Of a stretch of DNA of 12,354 bases, positions 8,501-12,354 are shown piece by piece (positions within the stretch are counted from its first letter, which is position 1; each line of letters begins with the position of its first letter). The notes under the pieces were generated by a model that was given only the letters and a program-made list of their open reading frames with translations, ran no database searches and was not told where the DNA came from. The position numbers and the translations under genes are program-made. The DNA lies in assembly GCA_043809245.1 (NCBI GenBank), contig JAZDDZ010000013.1, forward strand, positions 1 to 12,354, in the 5' to 3' direction. Source of the stretch: Candidatus Iainarchaeum sp. GTDB lineage: Archaea; Iainarchaeota; Iainarchaeia; Iainarchaeales; JAZDDZ01.

Positions 8501-9404
8501 GGAAGTGAAATGCCTTGGAAAAACAACAGAATACGTTTACGATTTTTCGGTGCCAGGCAAAGAGAATTTTGTCTGCGAAAACATAATTGCGCACAACACT
8601 CTTGAAATCCCAGTGTCTTACATGAAGAACATTGGCTTCAACATTCAAAGGCTGAAAACCCGTTCCCCAATTGGCGTGAGCATGACTGAAAGCGAAGTCG
8701 CGCCTGAAGAGGCCTTGAGGACAGCGCTGAGGTTGGGCGATTCAGCGCTCATCATCGGAGAGGTTCGCAGTACCGAGGCTCGCGTTTTATATGAGGCAAT
8801 GCGAATCGGCGCAGCGGGAAACATTGTCATGGGAACAATCCACGGAGACAGCGCTTACTCTGTTTGGGACAGGATTGTAAACGACCTAGATGTTCCGAAC
8901 ACTTCGTTCAAGGCAACCGATGTTGTTGTTGTGGCAAGGCCCATTCGCTTTGAGGGCTCCCTGAACAGGCAGAGGCGTGTTGTGCAGGTCACGGAGATAA
9001 AAAAGGAATGGCAGAACGATCCCCTGGCGGAAGGGGGAATGCTTGACTTAATGAGCTATGATGCGCGCAAGGACAGCCTTGACTTGCTTGAAGACAATTT
9101 AAAGGAATCAGACCTTTTTTCAAGGATAAGCAAAATGAGCGGCTTGACAATGGGTGAAATGTGGGAGAGCATTAAAATGAACGCAAGCTCAAAAGCATTC
9201 CTTGTGGAGTTAAAGCAGAAAAACAAGCTGCCGGAAATTTTAGAGGCGGAAAACGTCGTTGTAGCAAACAACAAGCTGATGATGCTGAAGCAGGATTACC
9301 TTGACGAGCACGGGGAAATAGATTACTCCGCGGTTTTGGGAAAATGGAAGAACTGGGCAAAGAATTACCTTGCGAAAAGGCTGCTTGCAAGGAAAAAGGC
9401 TTAA
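5586..9404 (+). CDS. Type II/IV secretion / archaeal type IV pilus assembly ATPase (VirB11/TadA/FlaI family), intein-containing; 1272-aa precursor, ~760 aa after splicing
   Basis: Motifs GYGILEVLLSDRKLTDIYV, RPFDEAHPVLD and RVAVIGPPL; Walker A GSRGSGKT (6975-6998); Asp box VQED|TLEI split by the intein; LRTALRLGDS; Walker B LIIGEVR; MGTIHG His-box half; N-terminal CxxC-x11-C motif. Adjacent to a TadC-like gene. Confidence 0.95.
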   Translation: MKISGFEVGPYAVKEEGGKRHLVFDCRDCVYGSSIADDQHCRYHVLRVLQEVEASLVVLAEVYERVYDERQAKMLAEIAAAAQKFEVESIWSYAHLGDPQIESEALFGERHDILAKISHELLMFDPVAAYIALLGEVKKEKEKSESMKGSGKYSDIYLNTLLYIRQQLEGTELMQMTKNMLLKLKQVPETIQLYRTFFEAQVKPSFIGARLLFEEMETLELLDEYSVKDSSVQIFKHPNKPEKLYFINPPEYTMPPEKYFILSKTKEVVASYRPGRTSLSTLAKSRKYFERVYQSTIKDLCRQNNIHLENEEIIELSQIVARYTVGYGILEVLLSDRKLTDIYVDSPIGLKPLYVVHSDFGQCQTNVIYTQDEADALVSKMRASSGRPFDEAHPVLDLDLADLDTRVAVIGPPLAIDGTAFAFRLHKVTPWTLPQFIDAKMLPPLAAGLLSFFIDAQATMLVTGSRGSGKTSLMQSLMLEIVQSARIIVQEDSVTGDAEILVEQNGKMQRTTVGELIDSVIEENGCVNLDGREIVITENNSLKVFAMDTEGKISLSNASQLMRHKVNKELYEFTTRSGKKIKVTKDHCLFGLKGNEIMPIRSEEITEGTFIATPRLIPFEDRAGLDKINIFEHAGTAEAGFVAGGEIEKLIERNWLQVKQFGLKNSYNKTTIQAWKRNKVLPAKIFRDTKDCLVDFSKVLYKDCKDSKAIPAEITLNKDFLNFMGLWLADGCYDGKYGVIISSPDCRETVSGVARQFGLRERKHSDGFSYIISNTALVSALKNIIGLNGDSHTKKFPKWVYNLSRKQIAYVLEGLFSGDGYSSKYEVGISLVSKEMTKDIQLLLPLFGINTRTKFAKKGRIFITRISGIKMLRSFKESIGFLQEHKRRKLNEMCEREPFHDISDVIPFSAEAKKELASAVVGFNRHDYVSKDYALGRQKLQKYVNKMEFGSCDFLEKIKKIAESDIYWDEIKEVKCLGKTTEYVYDFSVPGKENFVCENIIAHNTLEIPVSYMKNIGFNIQRLKTRSPIGVSMTESEVAPEEALRTALRLGDSALIIGEVRSTEARVLYEAMRIGAAGNIVMGTIHGDSAYSVWDRIVNDLDVPNTSFKATDVVVVARPIRFEGSLNRQRRVVQVTEIKKEWQNDPLAEGGMLDLMSYDARKDSLDLLEDNLKESDLFSRISKMSGLTMGEMWESIKMNASSKAFLVELKQKNKLPEILEAENVVVANNKLMMLKQDYLDEHGEIDYSAVLGKWKNWAKNYLAKRLLARKKA
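7062..8597 (+). mobile_element. Intein (512 aa, Ser493-Asn1004, +1 Thr) with LAGLIDADG (DOD) homing endonuclease
   Basis: Block A SVTGDAEILV, block B IKVTKDHCLF (TxxH), block C FMGLWLADGC, block E LEGLFSGDGY, block H SKEMTKDIQLLLPLFGI, block F YVYDFSVPGKENFV and block G IIAHN/T. Removal restores IIVQEDTLEIPV. Confidence 0.95.
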
Positions 9405-9416
9405 AAAAGTGGTTTG

Positions 9417-11744
9417 ATGGCTTGGCAAGGAAGGGCGGCTGATCCAAGGGGCGAATTCTCCCCGGGCAGGCTGTACAAGGAAATCAAAGTTTCAAGGGAG
9501 GAATTTGAAGACGAAGGCGAAGGGGAATTAAAGAAAAAAAAGATTCCCGGTTTTGTCTCTTTCTGCAAGTCAATCCACAAAAGCTTTTCACTTGGAAAAG
9601 GCGCTTCCTTCTCCGAGGAAATAAAAAACGCGGTTGAATTCCTTGACTGGCCCTTGACAGCAGATGAATACAGCTCGACAGTTAAATTTGTCCTCTACTC
9701 CTCGATTTTCGGCGCAATAATCCTCGGAGTCATATTGTTCGTTTTATTGGGGGAACTTGTTTCAGCGATTTTTCCGTCAATGGCTTTCATGGCTCCGCTT
9801 TTTGTTTTCGCACCGCTTCTGATAATCGCAATGTATGCCGCTAACTTCGTGCAGACCTATCCCCTTGCAAAGGCAAAAGAAGAGCAGACCCGCGCGCTGA
9901 CGTATGTTCCGGAAATAATGGGGTACATGATAATGTCAATGAAGCTCGTGCCAAACCTTGAAAAAGCAATTGAATTCAGCGCAGGCCACGGAAGGGGAAA
10001 AATTGCGGATGACTTCAAGCGAATAATATGGGATGTGCAGTTAGGCGTTTACACCACGCTAAGCGAAGCGCTTGACAACCTCGCATACCGCTGGGGCGAC
10101 TTTTCCGAGGAATTCAAGCACGCGCTGATGATGGTGCGCGCATCAGTGATTGAGAACACCGAGGACAAGCGCTACCAGGTGCTTGACAAAACCATGGATG
10201 AAATACTTGAAAGCATTAGAAACAAAATGGAGCAATACGCTAGAAACCTTTCCCAGCCGACAACAATGCTTTTCTACATCGGCGTGCTATTGCCGCTAAT
10301 CCTCATAATAATTCTGCCAGTCGGAAGCTCTTTCAGCGGAGCACCGCTCGCAAACCCAATCCTTTTGTTCCTGCTTTACTGCATCATCATTCCCGCGGTT
10401 GCATTATCTTTTGCTTCAAATCTCGTAAAGCAAAGGCCCCCGGTTTACGAGCCCCCAAACATTCCTGAAAACACTGTTGGATTGCCGCCAAAAAACAAAA
10501 TGTTAATCGGAAAGTCTTGGGTTGACTTGAGGGCTGTTGCATTGCTTGTCCTGATTGCCGGAAGCGCTGTCACGCTGTTTGTTTCAACAGAAGGAATTCC
10601 GCCAAAATTCCTGCTTTCATCGGAAAATGAAAGGCAGCTTATTCCCGCATACAAGGATGAATCGCAAATGCTTGAGGCAAACGGAAGGGCTGCTGATTAT
10701 TTTGCCCCTCCATCAAATGAAAATCCGCAGGGAGGACAAAGGTACAGGGAACTGTTGTCGCAGAGCCTGGCTCCTGAGAAAGCGCAGGACAATCTTGCAA
10801 CAGAGCACCAGCTTTACTTTATGGATTCAAAAAGGGACGTGGCGCCTTACGTGCTTATTTTCGGAATTATGATAACTGTTTCCCTCGCATTATTTGTATA
10901 TCTTTACCATATGAACATTTACAGGAGAAAAAAACAGGTTGAAGTAATCCGAATGGAGGAAGAATTCAAGGACGCGATTTACATTCTTGCCTCGAGAATG
11001 GGTGAAAACAAGCCGGTTGAAGAGGCATTGAAGCATGCAAAGGAATTTTTGCCTAACTTCAAGGTCTCCGAACAGATTTTTGGCAGGATAATTGACAACA
11101 TTTCAATGCTTAACATGCCATTGGATGCAGCGGTTTTTGACCCGCATTACGGTGTGCTGAAAGACAACCCGAGCGCAGTGATAAGGTCTTCAATGCGTCT
11201 TTTGGTTGATTCTGTTCAGCTGGGCGTGAATGTTGCGGCGCGAACAATGATTGCATTAAGCATTCAGCTGACTAACGCACAAAAAGTGAACAAAATGCTT
11301 AAGACCCTTGTAAGCGACACGACTAACATGATGCGTTCAATGGCGTTGTTCATTGCGCCGGTTGTCCTTGGAATAACGACTGCGCTGCAGAAAATAGTGA
11401 TTGTAACGCTTGCGTCAATCGCATCATCAGGGCTTCTTTCCTCGGCGCAGACAGACCTTTCCTCTGTAAGCGTTGCAGGAATTTCGGGCAACTTCAGCGT
11501 CAGCTCATTCATAAAGCCAGATTCAGTGAAGGACATGGTCAATCCCACGCAATTCATTTTCATAATCGCATTGTACATTTTGGAGCTCGTGGTGATAATG
11601 ATTTTCTTCACAACCAAAATAGAGGAAGACAATGACTTGCTTGTAAGGGTAAACATAGCGAAATACCTGCCTATCGCAATCATTGTATTCATCGGCAGCA
11701 TTGTGCTCTCAAATTTTATTGTGGGAAGCTTTTTGGGCGGTTGA
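9417..11744 (+). CDS. Pilus assembly membrane platform protein with two T2SSF-like domains (TadB/TadC-fused, FlaJ/PilC-like)
   Basis: Polytopic membrane protein immediately after the ATPase. Two cytoplasmic repeats (VPEIMGYMIMSMKLVPNLEKAIEF and FKDAIYILASRMGENKPVEEAL) are each followed by TM pairs. Start is ATG9417 or TTG9414. Confidence 0.9.
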   Translation: MAWQGRAADPRGEFSPGRLYKEIKVSREEFEDEGEGELKKKKIPGFVSFCKSIHKSFSLGKGASFSEEIKNAVEFLDWPLTADEYSSTVKFVLYSSIFGAIILGVILFVLLGELVSAIFPSMAFMAPLFVFAPLLIIAMYAANFVQTYPLAKAKEEQTRALTYVPEIMGYMIMSMKLVPNLEKAIEFSAGHGRGKIADDFKRIIWDVQLGVYTTLSEALDNLAYRWGDFSEEFKHALMMVRASVIENTEDKRYQVLDKTMDEILESIRNKMEQYARNLSQPTTMLFYIGVLLPLILIIILPVGSSFSGAPLANPILLFLLYCIIIPAVALSFASNLVKQRPPVYEPPNIPENTVGLPPKNKMLIGKSWVDLRAVALLVLIAGSAVTLFVSTEGIPPKFLLSSENERQLIPAYKDESQMLEANGRAADYFAPPSNENPQGGQRYRELLSQSLAPEKAQDNLATEHQLYFMDSKRDVAPYVLIFGIMITVSLALFVYLYHMNIYRRKKQVEVIRMEEEFKDAIYILASRMGENKPVEEALKHAKEFLPNFKVSEQIFGRIIDNISMLNMPLDAAVFDPHYGVLKDNPSAVIRSSMRLLVDSVQLGVNVAARTMIALSIQLTNAQKVNKMLKTLVSDTTNMMRSMALFIAPVVLGITTALQKIVIVTLASIASSGLLSSAQTDLSSVSVAGISGNFSVSSFIKPDSVKDMVNPTQFIFIIALYILELVVIMIFFTTKIEEDNDLLVRVNIAKYLPIAIIVFIGSIVLSNFIVGSFLGG

Positions 11745-11745
11745 A

Positions 11746-12198
11746 TTGCGGAAAATATCCCTTAACGAAAAAGGCCAGGCTTTTGCGAGCATGCGCCTTC
11801 TCATCGGCGCGGTAATGGGCTTGCTTATATTAGTGATAATAATAAGCGCAATCTCTTACTTTGAAAACCTTGAAATCGACATAAGCGTGAAGCGCGTTAA
11901 TGACGGTTTTGCGAATGCAGTGAAGCAGCCTGACGGCTCAATACTGGAAGTAGGCGATGCCGTTCTTTTAGGGCAGACTTTCAGTTCAAGTGGAATATCA
12001 AAAAAAATGGGGATTGAAAGCGATTGCGTTGAATTATACTCACGGGGCTCCCCGGCATTCGAGGAAATAACTGCTGAAAAGGCAATAGAGGTTAGGCAGC
12101 GCGTCAAAACAAGCGTTTACGTCAGGTGCGAAACCGATCCTCCTTTCGGCTCGGACTGCCCGATTGGCTGCACTGTTTCATTCGGAAAGCCAATATAA
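11746..12198 (+). CDS. Class III signal peptide (pilin-like) protein, 150 aa
   Basis: An in-frame TTG 1 nt after the platform-gene stop, preceded by GGGCGG, gives MRKISLNEKG|QAFASMRLLIGAVMGLLILVIIISAISYF. 4 Cys. The track start at 11683 overlaps the upstream gene and is unlikely. Confidence 0.85.
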   Translation: MRKISLNEKGQAFASMRLLIGAVMGLLILVIIISAISYFENLEIDISVKRVNDGFANAVKQPDGSILEVGDAVLLGQTFSSSGISKKMGIESDCVELYSRGSPAFEEITAEKAIEVRQRVKTSVYVRCETDPPFGSDCPIGCTVSFGKPI

Positions 12199-12199
12199 G

Positions 12200-12253
12200 C
12201 AGGAAAATTAAAAGGTAACAGTTTAAAATTATCCTGTTTTTGATAGTTTTTTT
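12200..12253 (+). terminator. Putative terminator: imperfect inverted repeat followed by T-tracts
   Basis: CAGGAAAATT (12200-12209) pairs with AATTATCCTG (12227-12236), 9/10 complementary, followed by T5 (12237-12241) and T7 (12247-12253). Confidence 0.5.
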
Positions 12254-12276
12254 GTGTTGTTTTGGCGTATAGGTAG

Positions 12277-12311
12277 GTTTAAACGCATATTGTAGCTACA
12301 AAGTAGCTACT
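12277..12311 (+). promoter_or_regulatory. TATA box plus tandem palindromic operator
   Basis: TTTAAA at 12278-12283 is about 30 nt before ATG12312. Perfect palindromes TTGTAGCTACAA (12290-12301) and AGTAGCTACT (12302-12311) abut the ATG. Confidence 0.7.
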
Positions 12312-12354
12312 ATGAAGAAGGCTATTTCTTTGCGCATGGAGGGTTTTGAGGTCA
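12312..12354 (+). CDS. 3'-truncated ORF, probable ribbon-helix-helix (CopG-like) regulator or antitoxin
   Basis: MKKAISLRMEGFEV...: the ISLRM alternating strand is typical of RHH N-termini and is preceded by a TATA box and operator-like palindromes. Only 14 codons are visible. Confidence 0.5.
   Translation, partial: MKKAISLRMEGFEV

Noticed and set aside
7062-8597. Lower GC in the intein as evidence of recent horizontal acquisition
   Set aside because: Spot checks look AT-richer than the flanking ATPase core, but the N-terminal extein is similarly AT-rich and Lys-rich composition confounds this; a GC3/codon analysis is needed.
5586-11744. Archaellum (flaI/flaJ) assignment
   Set aside because: No archaellin, FlaH or FlaF/G genes are visible, and the ATPase N-terminus and His box differ from FlaI, so gene symbols are withheld.
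3493-12107. Short overlapping ORFs such as 3493-3840, 4197-4592, 5113-5448, 6887-7417, 10555-10872 and 11264-11701
   Set aside because: They lie entirely within well-supported genes and have no independent signals or motifs.

Overview
Archaeal locus, probably from a DPANN-type lineage such as Diapherotrites/Iainarchaeota (inferred from protein style and signals, not proven). It encodes a type IV pilus-like (Tad/archaeal pilus) system arranged around a 116-bp divergent promoter region. The + strand carries a VirB11/TadA/FlaI-family ATPase interrupted at its Asp box by a 512-aa LAGLIDADG intein, a large two-domain T2SSF/TadC/FlaJ-like platform protein and a class III signal-peptide pilin-like gene. 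The - strand carries four tightly coupled genes for pilin-like or membrane-anchored proteins. Converging on these is a 5'-truncated gene for a large surface protein with Ig/PKD/cadherin-like repeats, one TM helix, a charged tail and a cytoplasmic C8 RING/FYVE-like zinc finger; it contains unusual A/C-skewed patches and a near-identical internal repeat. The window ends with a promoter, tandem GTAGCTAC palindromes and the start of a probable ribbon-helix-helix regulator or antitoxin. No prepilin peptidase, RNA gene, CRISPR array or transposase was seen.
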